Below are positions 19,829 to 29,228 of a stretch of DNA of 64,000 bases, piece after piece. Below the pieces are notes generated by a model. It saw only the letters and a list, made by a program, of their open reading frames with translations. It was not told the DNA's origin and searched no databases. Source of the stretch: an uncultured Bacilli bacterium (lineage in GTDB: Bacteria; Bacillota_I; Bacilli_A; RF39; UBA660); the NCBI GenBank assembly GCA_910577075.1, contig CAJTKV010000001.1, forward strand, positions 6,355 to 70,354, given 5' to 3'. The first letter of the stretch is position 1. Every line of letters begins with the position of its first letter. The position numbers were made by a program, and so were the translations under genes.

Positions 19829-20668
19829 CTAATTACCTTTAGTATATTTTGTCCCTATCTTTTCCCCCATTTTAATATCTATTTCTTCATTATTTTTAGT
19901 CATTTCAAAGTACTTGGAAGGAATATCAACGCGATTCTTTTCTACTAGAAGCATTATCGTACTTCCACCAAACAAAAACATTCCTTTTTCTTCTCCACGC
20001 TTAAACTCGTGAGCCCCATGATTATTCTTAATCTTTCCAACCATTAAGGCACCTACTTCTACTTGGACGACATCGCCAAAGTTTTTCGTTTTTAAAATAG
20101 TATATTCCCGCGCATTCTCCGTAAAAACCGGATATTTTTCTAATGCAATTGGTCTAACAGTATGTAATTTTCCCGGAATAAATTTATTTTCCCCCTTGCT
20201 GCCATCATCTAAATAACAATATCTATGATAATTATCAACACATAATCTAATTACAATACACGTTCCATCATTATATTTATCAGCCAGATTCTTATCTTCA
20301 AGCAAAGTACTCATCTTAAACATACTTTGTTTAACTGGAATAACTAAATCTTCCTTAATCGTATAAAAACTAAGATGCCCATCAGCAGGTGATATAAAAT
20401 TTTTTTCATCTCTATCTATCGGACGCTTTTCTTCCCTTACTCTTCTCGCAAAAAAATCGTTAAAACTTTTGATATTATCAACATAATAATCCTGACAATC
20501 AATATGATTTTTCTTGGCAAATCTCTTTACAGCCAATTTAGATATCTTCGTACTTAAAATAAATCCGCCTATTTTTGATATAAAAGGAGATATGAGAATT
20601 CTTAAAAATACTCGTCCAACCATTGTTTTATATAAAAATCTTAATAACAATCCTTCACTTTTTTCCAT
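19829..20668 (-). CDS. psd: Phosphatidylserine decarboxylase proenzyme
   Basis: C-terminal FLFGGSTIML carries the GST self-cleavage site. Size and position next to pssA fit. Confidence 0.85.
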   Translation of the reverse strand: MEKSEGLLLRFLYKTMVGRVFLRILISPFISKIGGFILSTKISKLAVKRFAKKNHIDCQDYYVDNIKSFNDFFARRVREEKRPIDRDEKNFISPADGHLSFYTIKEDLVIPVKQSMFKMSTLLEDKNLADKYNDGTCIVIRLCVDNYHRYCYLDDGSKGENKFIPGKLHTVRPIALEKYPVFTENAREYTILKTKNFGDVVQVEVGALMVGKIKNNHGAHEFKRGEEKGMFLFGGSTIMLLVEKNRVDIPSKYFEMTKNNEEIDIKMGEKIGTKYTKGN

Positions 20669-20675
20669 AATTAAC

Positions 20676-21350
20676 CTATTTCATCAATTTAGAGATTAGT
20701 AATGCTATAAATTCAATGGCACCTATAAGTACTAATATTAATATTCCTTTAGTATCAAATTTCTTAATCTTAAATTTTGAAAGGAAACAAATTCCTGTGA
20801 CAATTATAGCTCCAAAATACACAAGAGTCATATCCATTGGAGATAAAAATTGTAATAACATAACGAAAGGAAAAATCAAAGCTGAAGAAGTAACCGGTAA
20901 GCCTGTATATTCTTTTCTCTTCTTATTCTTCTCCTTTTTTTGTCTAGTTTCTTCTTGAACATTAAAGTAAGCTAAACGAATCAATGCAGCTAAAGCATAT
21001 AAGGCCAAAAAGCCATATACAAAAAAATCTAAAACTCTCTTATGTGGTAGACCATTTAAAAATATCGATCTATGATACATAGCAACGCCTATTGCAGCTG
21101 GCAATATTCCAAATGCTACTAAATCTGAAAGAGAATCTATTTGTATTCCAAATCTCTTCTCCTCATCAGTTCTCTTTTTCTTTGTGCTAGCAACTTTACC
21201 ATCAAACGCATCACATAATCCACAAAAAAGCAAAAAGAATACGCCATAATATGGATGTCCTAATCCACTTAAAGAAACAAATATTCCTAAACTTCCCGAT
21301 ATTAAAGACAAATAAGTCAATATAACTGTATAATCATAAACACCAATCAT
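20676..21350 (-). CDS. pssA: CDP-diacylglycerol-serine O-phosphatidyltransferase
   Basis: CDP-alcohol phosphatidyltransferase motif DAFDGKVA..GIQIDSLSDLV. Multi-TM protein. Confidence 0.85.
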   Translation of the reverse strand: MIGVYDYTVILTYLSLISGSLGIFVSLSGLGHPYYGVFFLLFCGLCDAFDGKVASTKKKRTDEEKRFGIQIDSLSDLVAFGILPAAIGVAMYHRSIFLNGLPHKRVLDFFVYGFLALYALAALIRLAYFNVQEETRQKKEKNKKRKEYTGLPVTSSALIFPFVMLLQFLSPMDMTLVYFGAIIVTGICFLSKFKIKKFDTKGILILVLIGAIEFIALLISKLMK

Positions 21351-22420
21351 TCTCTACTTCTCCTTTTTTGTGACAAGTATTTCGCCAATATTGTCACTCC
21401 ACATACTATTATACAACAATAGAAGGATATTCCTCTACCTATTAATTCTAAATTTACAGCAATATTCTCCGGCATTAATGTTTTAAAGCCATTTAACATT
21501 AGATAATCTGACACTCCAATGGCTCCTGGAATCGGAATACAATATGATCCCGTTATAACAAAACTTTCTATACTAAAGATATCAAAAACTTGATTTAAAT
21601 TACTACTAGTTGCAATAAAAACACACACAATAACGCTAATTTGGGCAAGTCTTTGTAAAAGTGTAAGTATTAAAACCTTCAGCATAACTTTATTATGCCC
21701 CTTTAGCATTTTTGCCGAATCGCGATACTTATCTATTAAGCTATTTAATTTCTTCATGACACTATCCTTATTCTTAATTAAATGAATCTTAGCTGCTACT
21801 GATACGAAGAAAGCACAAATTTTTTGTAGTAAACTCTCATTAAATAATAAAAAGTAGAAGAATGCTACTAAGACAAATTGTACACCAAATCCCACTAAGA
21901 TAAATAATTTAGCTAGGAAGTCCATTTCAAATACAACACTTGGCTTAATAATAAATGAAATAAAATTTATTATTATTATAGATAAAGAATACATAAGTAG
22001 AATGCAAAACATAGTAACTGTAATAACAGAAATAGGTATGCCATCTTTATGCATGAAATAGGCACTGGCCGGTTGACCGCCCGTAGCTGATGGAGTTATT
22101 GCCGAAAAATAAATATCAGCTGATGAATATGCAAATCCATCTCTAACTTTAGTTTTATATTTAAAAGACTTACATAATACGCTTATTGAACATCCTTCAA
22201 AAAAGATAAATAACAACATCGAAAGAATAGCTAGTCCCATCCACAAGGGATTAGCTGATTTAAAAAATTCTATAAATTTATTCAAGGAAAAACTCTTATT
22301 AAAACCTATTATGGCAATTATACTTGCAATAGCTATTACAATAAATAGTGCTACCCATAAAAGTCTTTTTCTATTTCCTATTAAATTATTCTTGGTATCT
22401 TGTATTTGCACAAAAACCAC
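21347..22420 (-). CDS. UPF0104 / LPG-synthase-TM (flippase-like) membrane protein
   Basis: 357 aa, about 8 TM helices, with no C-terminal aminoacyl-PG synthase domain. 4-nt overlap with pssA. Confidence 0.65.
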   Translation of the reverse strand: MVFVQIQDTKNNLIGNRKRLLWVALFIVIAIASIIAIIGFNKSFSLNKFIEFFKSANPLWMGLAILSMLLFIFFEGCSISVLCKSFKYKTKVRDGFAYSSADIYFSAITPSATGGQPASAYFMHKDGIPISVITVTMFCILLMYSLSIIIINFISFIIKPSVVFEMDFLAKLFILVGFGVQFVLVAFFYFLLFNESLLQKICAFFVSVAAKIHLIKNKDSVMKKLNSLIDKYRDSAKMLKGHNKVMLKVLILTLLQRLAQISVIVCVFIATSSNLNQVFDIFSIESFVITGSYCIPIPGAIGVSDYLMLNGFKTLMPENIAVNLELIGRGISFYCCIIVCGVTILAKYLSQKRRSRE

Positions 22421-22427
22421 CTCAAAA

Positions 22428-23081
22428 TCACTTGCTAAGATGATTATCTATTTTAAAAAATAATCTCTTTGCATCAAATTTCTTTGCAATCCATAAACCT
22501 AATTCCATAACTAATATACCACCTATTATATCAATAAACACGTGTTGTTTAACAAAAACTACAGATAAGAATACTAAAAAAGCATAAATAAGTGTAAATA
22601 TTTTGTATATTTTAGGTACTTTTTGCATTTTTATCGATGATCTAAAACACATCCAGCTTTCTAGGCAATGAATAGATGGGAATAAATTAACTGGACCATC
22701 CATTTTATAAATAAATGCTATCATATCATTAAAAATTCCCGTACCAAGTTCTGGTCTCACATAAGTAGTTGGCACAAGGCAAAAGAATATTAAACAAATA
22801 ATCTTGGCAATTATGTCTGCTGCCACATACTGAAAACAATATTCCTTAGATTCTCGAGCGATTAAAATATAGCCGACAACCCATTCAACATAGCAAAAAA
22901 CATAGATGAGGATAAAAATTGGAACTAAGGGAATTGCTTCATCTACCGCCATCGTAAAATCATAATGAAAAAAATGATTAGTTACCAATTTTGAAACATT
23001 ATAAACCAAAGTATTAGCAACAATTGCCATAGCCAAAGGAAAATATGCATATTTAGGCACTATATTAGTAAACTTCTTCAT
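22428..23081 (-). CDS. PAP2-superfamily (PAP2_3-like) membrane phosphatase/transferase
   Basis: Start moved to MKKFTNIV (AGGAG RBS). FPSIHC and KQHVFIDIIGG match PAP2 motifs C2/C3. Confidence 0.65.
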   Translation of the reverse strand: MKKFTNIVPKYAYFPLAMAIVANTLVYNVSKLVTNHFFHYDFTMAVDEAIPLVPIFILIYVFCYVEWVVGYILIARESKEYCFQYVAADIIAKIICLIFFCLVPTTYVRPELGTGIFNDMIAFIYKMDGPVNLFPSIHCLESWMCFRSSIKMQKVPKIYKIFTLIYAFLVFLSVVFVKQHVFIDIIGGILVMELGLWIAKKFDAKRLFFKIDNHLSK

Positions 23082-23372
23082 TACTTCTTCACTCCTAGTA
23101 CAACTATACCTATTCAATGTGACAACTAAATGACATTCTAAGCATTTCATATAAAGTATATCATTTATTCGCTAAAACACAAAATAAAAATACTACGCAA
23201 TATAATAGTATTCTCACTTTCATATAGCTAACATTTATGATTTTTTTATTATTAGTTCATAAATACCAGAACTATATTCATAAAATTCATTTATAAATGC
23301 TAATGCATCTTCTTTTCTACTTAAACTTGTTTCTTCAAAATAAAATTTTTCCATAATAAACATCATCCTTAA

Positions 23373-23990
23373 TTATTCCAAAAACTCTTCACAGACTTGT
23401 TTAATCTTATCAAGTTCCAAACCCGTTGCTAGTAAGGTATTCCAACCATGTCTTTTAGCTTCTTCAATATTTTTTAAAGAATCATCGATAAACAATATAT
23501 CTTTACTCTCAAAAGGTAATTTTTCACTTACTATATCATATATTTTAGAATCAGGCTTTTGACATCCTAGTTCAAAGGACAAAAAGACATAGTCATAATT
23601 ATCTAAGCCAACTTGAGCATCCAACCTTTTCTTATCGACAATTGCCAAATTTGAAAGTATACCAATAAAGCATTTATCTCTTAAAGATACTTCAAAGTCT
23701 CTTACCTCATAATACGAAGAAATCTTTTCGAAATAATAATCATATCTTTCTAAAAACGTTTTAAAATCACATTGCAAATGATACTCTTCTCTTATTTCTT
23801 CAAATGTCTTTTCATATTCTTCCATACTCGAAATAGAAGATAATTGATATTTTCCCAAGTTTATTTTATCGTCTATATCACAGCCAAATTCTTTAAACAA
23901 AAAATTATAGGCATCATAAACATTGTAATCAGTTGTATGTGATTCAACTATATTACCCCAATCAAATAATATTACTTTATTCTTTTTCAT
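23373..23990 (-). CDS. HAD-superfamily hydrolase
   Basis: N-terminal ILFDWGNI (DxG variant of motif I) and LFIDDSLKNIEEA (motif IV). Confidence 0.75.
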   Translation of the reverse strand: MKKNKVILFDWGNIVESHTTDYNVYDAYNFLFKEFGCDIDDKINLGKYQLSSISSMEEYEKTFEEIREEYHLQCDFKTFLERYDYYFEKISSYYEVRDFEVSLRDKCFIGILSNLAIVDKKRLDAQVGLDNYDYVFLSFELGCQKPDSKIYDIVSEKLPFESKDILFIDDSLKNIEEAKRHGWNTLLATGLELDKIKQVCEEFLE

Positions 23991-23999
23991 GTTAAACTC

Positions 24000-24455
24000 C
24001 TATTTATCATCGTATATACCTAGAATGTCTTTAACATTGTTCATCATATTTTCTCCAACGCTATCCCATTTCAAATATTTATTAACATCTTCAATTTTGA
24101 CAAACAGTCTTTTATAAGTCATACCGCTATCTACATCCGGTCTTAAAGTTCCAACTTTTTTTATTTTAGCAATCATTCTTACTTGAGCATAGCTATCAAT
24201 CTCATCTCCGACAACTTCTTGAAATCCCAAATATTTTATATCGCCTATCTCTGTATTCACTTCTTCTAAACACTCTCTTATTAATGTTCCCGCGATACTC
24301 TCATTAGCAAGTGGATGTCCTCCTGGTATGCGATATTCTCCCTCTTTTTCTTCATACAATAAAACCTGATTTTCATCATCAAGCAGGATTCCGGAAACCT
24401 GAGTTATCTTCATATTATCCGGAACATCTTCACTATGCCATAAATATTTTACCAT
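24000..24455 (-). CDS. NUDIX hydrolase
   Basis: Nudix box GGHPLANESIAGTLIRECLEEVNTE. Confidence 0.85.
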   Translation of the reverse strand: MVKYLWHSEDVPDNMKITQVSGILLDDENQVLLYEEKEGEYRIPGGHPLANESIAGTLIRECLEEVNTEIGDIKYLGFQEVVGDEIDSYAQVRMIAKIKKVGTLRPDVDSGMTYKRLFVKIEDVNKYLKWDSVGENMMNNVKDILGIYDDK

Positions 24456-24489
24456 TTAATCATTCCCATCATATGCTAAATCATCTAGA

Positions 24490-24888
24490 CTATTTTTCTA
24501 AAAGAGCCGTTACTTCAATCTCTATTTTGGCACCTTCTCTAGTTAGTTTATTAACCTCAACCATTGTTGAAACGGGCATAGAATTTTTAAAATATTCTGC
24601 TCGTATAGGTGAAACAATAGAAAAGTCATTCATATCTGTCAAATAGATAACTGCCTTTATGACATTATCTAAACTTGCTCCAGCCAATTTCAGAATGTTA
24701 TTGATATCTTCAAAAACCAAAAGAGTTTGCTCTGCTATATCGTCTGTAACTACTCTTTTATCTTCTCCCATTGGAGGTTGTATCCCCGAAACATAAATCA
24801 TCGAATAATCTCCAAAATCTATTTTCTTCGCTGGTGTATAAACTCCTTTAATCTCCAAATCTACTGGTTTAATATTTTCAATTTTCAT
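24490..24888 (-). CDS. ridA: RidA/YjgF family reactive-intermediate deaminase
   Basis: 132 aa. The C-terminal PVSTMVEVNKLTREGAKIEIEVTA pattern is typical of YjgF/L-PSP. Confidence 0.8.
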   Translation of the reverse strand: MKIENIKPVDLEIKGVYTPAKKIDFGDYSMIYVSGIQPPMGEDKRVVTDDIAEQTLLVFEDINNILKLAGASLDNVIKAVIYLTDMNDFSIVSPIRAEYFKNSMPVSTMVEVNKLTREGAKIEIEVTALLEK

Positions 24889-24902
24889 AATATTCCTCTT
24901 TC

Positions 24903-25499
24903 CTATAAATTTATCTTTACTTCGGGAAACAACTCATATAAATCATAACCCAATAAATCATCAAAAAATTTCTTTAATTTATACGTTTCTTTCATATGAT
25001 ACTGAGTGGTTTGATAAGCACCCTTCCTCATAACCATCTCAACTAATCGCTTATCAATTGTATATATCTCATCGGCACACATTAAATCGGCCAAACAGAC
25101 CATTTTTTCATATAAAGTATACTCATGATTTTTGACAAAATCTGTACGAAAAGAAGTAGCTTTTGGTATACCTCCTGCTGTACATAGATAGTCATTATTT
25201 AGATATGAATGCGTCAAAGCAATATTACAATACTCAATATCATATCCTTTTTCTTTCATATAATTATAGCCTTTAATTTCATGTCCATGATCGTCGGCAC
25301 TTATTTTTCCAATATCATGCAAAAGAGCTAAGGTCTTGGCTTTCTCCACATCTGTATCATATCCTTTTTCCTTAAATGCGCCAGCCAATCTCTCAACGAC
25401 TGATGCTACATATATAGAATGTACAATCCATCTATCGGAGCTCTTTTTACCACGCTCACCATTCAATATTTTTAATATATCCTCACTCTTTGGAATCAT
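24903..25499 (-). CDS. HD/HDIG-domain phosphohydrolase
   Basis: Start moved to MIPKSEDIL (GGTGGTGA RBS). LALLHDIGK HD motif. Overlaps the upstream gene by 17 nt. Confidence 0.8.
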   Translation of the reverse strand: MIPKSEDILKILNGERGKKSSDRWIVHSIYVASVVERLAGAFKEKGYDTDVEKAKTLALLHDIGKISADDHGHEIKGYNYMKEKGYDIEYCNIALTHSYLNNDYLCTAGGIPKATSFRTDFVKNHEYTLYEKMVCLADLMCADEIYTIDKRLVEMVMRKGAYQTTQYHMKETYKLKKFFDDLLGYDLYELFPEVKINL

Positions 25500-26925
25500 T
25501 TTCACCACCGAGCTTTCTAAACAAATCATCATATATTTGATACGATGATAGATATACTACCATATCAGCTTTCCTATTTTCATAATTACCTTCATAAGCC
25601 AAGTCCTTATTTATCATAGGAACATCTACAACTTTTCTTACAAACCATCTAGGATTAATCATATAGGCAATCACAGCAATATCCCAAATCGGCCATCTAT
25701 CCCGATGCTGATATGTTTTCGTATAATAATCAAAGCCATCAATTAAATATTTGTGTAGAGGATTATTGATATCCATCTTATGCTCTAATTCATAAACTGT
25801 AGTTTCCAAATTAGATGCAACCCCCTTACATGGAATTATCGTCAATTTAACATCTGATGAAAAAATTTCTTTTACGGCATCTACATCTTTAAAGTTTGCC
25901 TCATGCAAATTATTCGGATAGAAAAAATTATGTCCACCCAACCAAATAATCTCAATCCTATCAATTATTTTAGGCTCATATTTTATTGCCAATGCCACAT
26001 TCGTTATCGCTCCAATAGCCATAATATAGGTTTTTTCATTTTTTAAGGCAATATCTATTATTTTATCAACTGCTTCATTTCTTTCACTATAGCCATTTAA
26101 CATATAATTAGTTGAGCCCCTAAATATCCTATCGAAGCTCTTAAGACCCAATAAATCACATATTTTTCTCGCTTCTTTATAACTATTTTCTATTCCCGAA
26201 TCATCATAAAAGCGCGTCTCTTTTCTAAATGGCGCGATGGTTATTGCCTCGACATCAAAAATATCCAGCGACTTAAACATATAAGCAATAGCAAACTGAT
26301 CATCCGATTCATTATAAGTATCCGTATCCAATATAACTTTATATTTAGATTTCCCATAATTACAAACTATATCATATATTTCTTCCCAACTATGTGCTCG
26401 CTTTATATAATCATTATCCCTATTGAAAGGCATATCCATAATTATGGGATACAACCCAAATTTATAGGCATCTATACAATTTTTAAGCGAATCATCAATC
26501 AATATTGGAATATTATTTTTTAAACAAATCTCCGTCTTATCATGGACATTATAGGCATTTGTCAGAAATAGTTTATCATATGGAATATCGTATTTTGCTA
26601 GCCATTCTTCCGTCATTTTTCTAGGATTACTATATTCTCCATTATCTCTTCCACTTATAATATAAATTTCATAACCCTTATCTCTTAACATCTTTATATA
26701 TTTAGATGCCTCGGGAATAGGCTCAAAATCCTGAGCAATTTTTTCTAAATTATTTTTATAGAACTTCTTTTCTTCTTCACTAGTCCAATTAAATTTGCAT
26801 CTTACTTTTGGACTATCATTAACTATTCCTGGTCCACCAATTTCCTCATCATGCTTTATATATGCTTTTAAAAGTACTTCATCAAAATTCGAAATAACAT
26901 TGTCAATATCTAATCCGATTCGCAT
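25483..26925 (-). CDS. Fusion protein: 5'(3')-deoxyribonucleotidase-like HAD domain + inosine/uridine-preferring nucleoside hydrolase domain
   Basis: N-terminus MRIGLDIDNVISNF (DxD) and ILIDDSLKN. From about residue 195, VILDTDTYNESDDQFAIAYM is the IUNH DxDxxxDD signature. Confidence 0.8.
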   Translation of the reverse strand: MRIGLDIDNVISNFDEVLLKAYIKHDEEIGGPGIVNDSPKVRCKFNWTSEEEKKFYKNNLEKIAQDFEPIPEASKYIKMLRDKGYEIYIISGRDNGEYSNPRKMTEEWLAKYDIPYDKLFLTNAYNVHDKTEICLKNNIPILIDDSLKNCIDAYKFGLYPIIMDMPFNRDNDYIKRAHSWEEIYDIVCNYGKSKYKVILDTDTYNESDDQFAIAYMFKSLDIFDVEAITIAPFRKETRFYDDSGIENSYKEARKICDLLGLKSFDRIFRGSTNYMLNGYSERNEAVDKIIDIALKNEKTYIMAIGAITNVALAIKYEPKIIDRIEIIWLGGHNFFYPNNLHEANFKDVDAVKEIFSSDVKLTIIPCKGVASNLETTVYELEHKMDINNPLHKYLIDGFDYYTKTYQHRDRWPIWDIAVIAYMINPRWFVRKVVDVPMINKDLAYEGNYENRKADMVVYLSSYQIYDDLFRKLGGENDSKE

Positions 26926-26960
26926 AGTCTCACCATACTCATTATAACATAGTTAATATA

Positions 26961-27095
26961 CTATTCACATTTTTTTGCATACTCATTGTCTATATCATAA
27001 AGTATTTTATCTCCCGTATAAAAAAACTTCGTAGCCTTAACACACCCCATTAAACACGGAATATTGTACTCTCGCGAAAATATTGCCGATAACAT
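26961..27095 (-). pseudogene. 3' remnant of a PEP-utilising-enzyme mobile domain
   Basis: 44-codon frame MLSAIFSREYNIPCLMGCVKATKFFYTGDKILYDIDNEY resembles ..SHAAIVAREyGIPcvvG...AT....G..v.vD. The phospho-His and everything upstream are missing. Confidence 0.4.
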
Positions 27096-27344
27096 AATTC
27101 AATTTAATAATAATAGATATAGAATATTAACCAATAATATAATAAAAAGATTTACCACAGTAAATCTATTTTATAACGACAAATATGACGATATATTTAT
27201 TTCTTATAACAATTCTATTTATCAACTATCAATCTATAAAAACTTATCATCTAAAAAAGGAAACTCCAAATATTTTCTATAGCAATTAAAAAACTACATA
27301 AATACATAACCTAAATAACAATTCGGAGTAATTTTGAGAGTAAC

Positions 27345-27372
27345 TTTAAAAAAACAACGTAATTACGTTGTT
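27345..27372 (-). terminator. Rho-independent terminator after tRNA-Gln
   Basis: aacaacgt-aatt-acgttgtt hairpin followed by T7 on the minus strand. Lies 14 nt after the tRNA 3' end. Confidence 0.65.
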
Positions 27373-27385
27373 TAAATTGACTAAA

Positions 27386-27461
27386 TGGTTGCCCCAGTAG
27401 GATTCGAACCTACGGAATAACAGGGTCAGAGCCTGCCGCCTTACCGCTTGGCTATGGGGCA
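27386..27461 (-). tRNA. tRNA-Gln (anticodon CUG), CCA encoded
   Basis: Reverse complement TGCCCCATAGCCAAGCGGTAAGGCGGCAGGCTCTGACCCTGTTATTCCGTAGGTTCGAATCCTACTGGGGCAACCA. 7-bp acceptor TGCCCCA/TGGGGCA, anticodon loop CTCTGAC, T-loop GGTTCGAATCC. Confidence 0.9.
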
Positions 27462-27504
27462 AAATTTGATACCACATATATAATATCAAAAAATTTACCA
27501 AATG

Positions 27505-27800
27505 TCATTTGATTTTAATAAATTGTAACTCATTTCCATCAATATCTTTAATAAATATTGACTTGCGCTTCAAATCTCCATAGAATGCATTAGAAAAATC
27601 TATGCCCATACTATGAAGTAAATCGATTAATTCGCCTTCTTCGTCATAACTATATAGATGCCCTCTTTTTCTAACTCATCTTTGTAACTCCTAACCATTC
27701 TTGGAGACACTTCAAGCATATTAGCTAGTTCTTTGCATGAATGTCTTTTACCAGATGATAAAATATCTAACATTTTTATATTCTTTGAAATTTTTGACAT
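27505..27800 (-). pseudogene. Frameshifted small HTH (HTH_11/DeoR-N-like) gene
   Basis: ATG 27800: MSKISKNIKMLDILSSGKRHSCKELANMLEVSPRMVRSYKDELEKEGIYIVMTKKAN*. The next frame continues YDEEGELIDLLHSMGIDFSNAFYGDLKRKSIFIKDIDGNELQFIKIK* to 27505. Confidence 0.4.
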
Positions 27801-28426
27801 TTATTCACCCTCTTTTTCCTTAAATAATATACTAATTGATCATATCCCAATTCAAACTCGGCATCTCTTATGATCTTATTTCTTTCAATTACTTGAAAAT
27901 TACAATTGGTAAATAACTCTTCTATCTCCAACATTCTATAATAACTCACAAATTCCTCTAAAGATTCATCAAAAGGTTCTGAAACCATTTTCTCGCCATC
28001 TCCCTCTTGAAGGATTATAAAGAAAATACCATCATCTTTTAAAAGATCATAGATTGAATCAAATAATCTTTGCATATTCTTTTTTTCTACATGAATAGTA
28101 GAATTAATAGCCATTACTCCATCATATCTCTTATTCAAATCCAAATTGAGCATATCCATAACATAAAAATTAGCATTGCTAACTTTATCTTTAGCAATAT
28201 TAATCATATTAGTTGAATAATCTATTCCATCTAATATTTTTCCCTTATCTGCTACATACTTAGTAAAACTGCCCATCGCACAACCTAAATCGAGAATATT
28301 GTTTCCCCTTACTAAATCTATAAACTTATCTATATATTCATCATATGGGTGATCATTCCAAAGTTCTCTATCATAAATATCCGCTATTTTATCATAAGCT
28401 TCTCTCGTCTTCATTATTGCATCCAT
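27776..28426 (-). CDS. Class I SAM-dependent methyltransferase
   Basis: Motif I ILDLGCAMGSF and post-I acidic LDGIDYS. Confidence 0.85.
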   Translation of the reverse strand: MDAIMKTREAYDKIADIYDRELWNDHPYDEYIDKFIDLVRGNNILDLGCAMGSFTKYVADKGKILDGIDYSTNMINIAKDKVSNANFYVMDMLNLDLNKRYDGVMAINSTIHVEKKNMQRLFDSIYDLLKDDGIFFIILQEGDGEKMVSEPFDESLEEFVSYYRMLEIEELFTNCNFQVIERNKIIRDAEFELGYDQLVYYLRKKRVNKCQKFQRI

Positions 28427-28481
28427 ACTAATTCGCTCCTAACAACATTATACCATAATAAAAAGGCCTTTTAAGACCTTC

Positions 28482-29223
28482 CTATAAAACTAAAGTACCG
28501 CTTATTACATACTTTTCCCCATTTTCACATATTTTCTCTATAACTTCATCTTTGATAAAATATATTTCTCCGAAAGCCGTTATACTGCTATCATCAATCA
28601 AAATATGACTTCCATCTGTTATAGCATAAATACATCTCTCATTAGACTCTCTTTCAATATATCTTCTTTGATATATTTCTTTCTCCGTTAGACCATCTTC
28701 ACTCAAAATAAAATGAGGTTCAATATTAATATCCGTAACTCCTAAACCATCAAAGTAAATCGGTTCTGAGTTTTCCATCTCTTCAGGACTATTAAAAACT
28801 GAAGAAGACATATTTAAAGCACCAGCACTTTGTCCCATCAAGATTCCATCAAAATTCTTAAGTATATCTTTTAATCCTATTTTTTCAAAAAATTGATGTT
28901 GCGTATATGTATCTCCTCCACTTAGATAAATAAAATCGGCATTCTCAACCATCCTTTTGGCATCTAGGGCATTTCTTTCATCTAATGTCTGATAATCTAA
29001 AAATGTTATTCCCGATAGTTTTAATGTTTCAAATAACAATGCCGAATATTCCGAAACTTTCTCAATATCTTGATAATCGGATGCTACAAATAATATAGAA
29101 TTATTTTTATTAAGATGCTTTTTTATTTGGTCAACTAGTCCATTCGTATTATCAATTTCCTTTGCAACCTTTTTTCCATCAACTTTTTGATAATGATTTA
29201 AATTACTCGTAAAAATTAATCAT
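28482..29223 (-). pseudogene. Peptidase S51 (dipeptidase E-like), N-terminus frameshifted at a homopolymer
   Basis: YLSGGDTY and nucleophile GQSAGALNM. The frame stays open upstream of the called TTG start (LIFTSNLNHYQKVDGKKVAKEID..). An ATG at 29223 with a GAGGA RBS is out of frame by one base across the A5 run 29211-29215. Confidence 0.6.
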
Positions 29224-29228
29224 ATTCA

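Noticed and set aside
23235-23354. 39-codon minus-strand ORF (MEKFYFEETSLSRKEDALAFINEFYEYSSGIYELIIKKS*) with an AAGGATGATG RBS, in the gap before the PAP2 gene.
   Set aside because: It could be the N-terminal stub of an acetyltransferase-like gene or a real small protein. It is too short for me to support either call without a database search.
27064-27282. 72-aa plus-strand ORF in the gap upstream of tRNA-Gln.
   Set aside because: The sequence is Asn/Ile/Tyr-rich with no RBS. The opposite strand at 26961-27095 carries the more convincing PEP-utilising-domain remnant.
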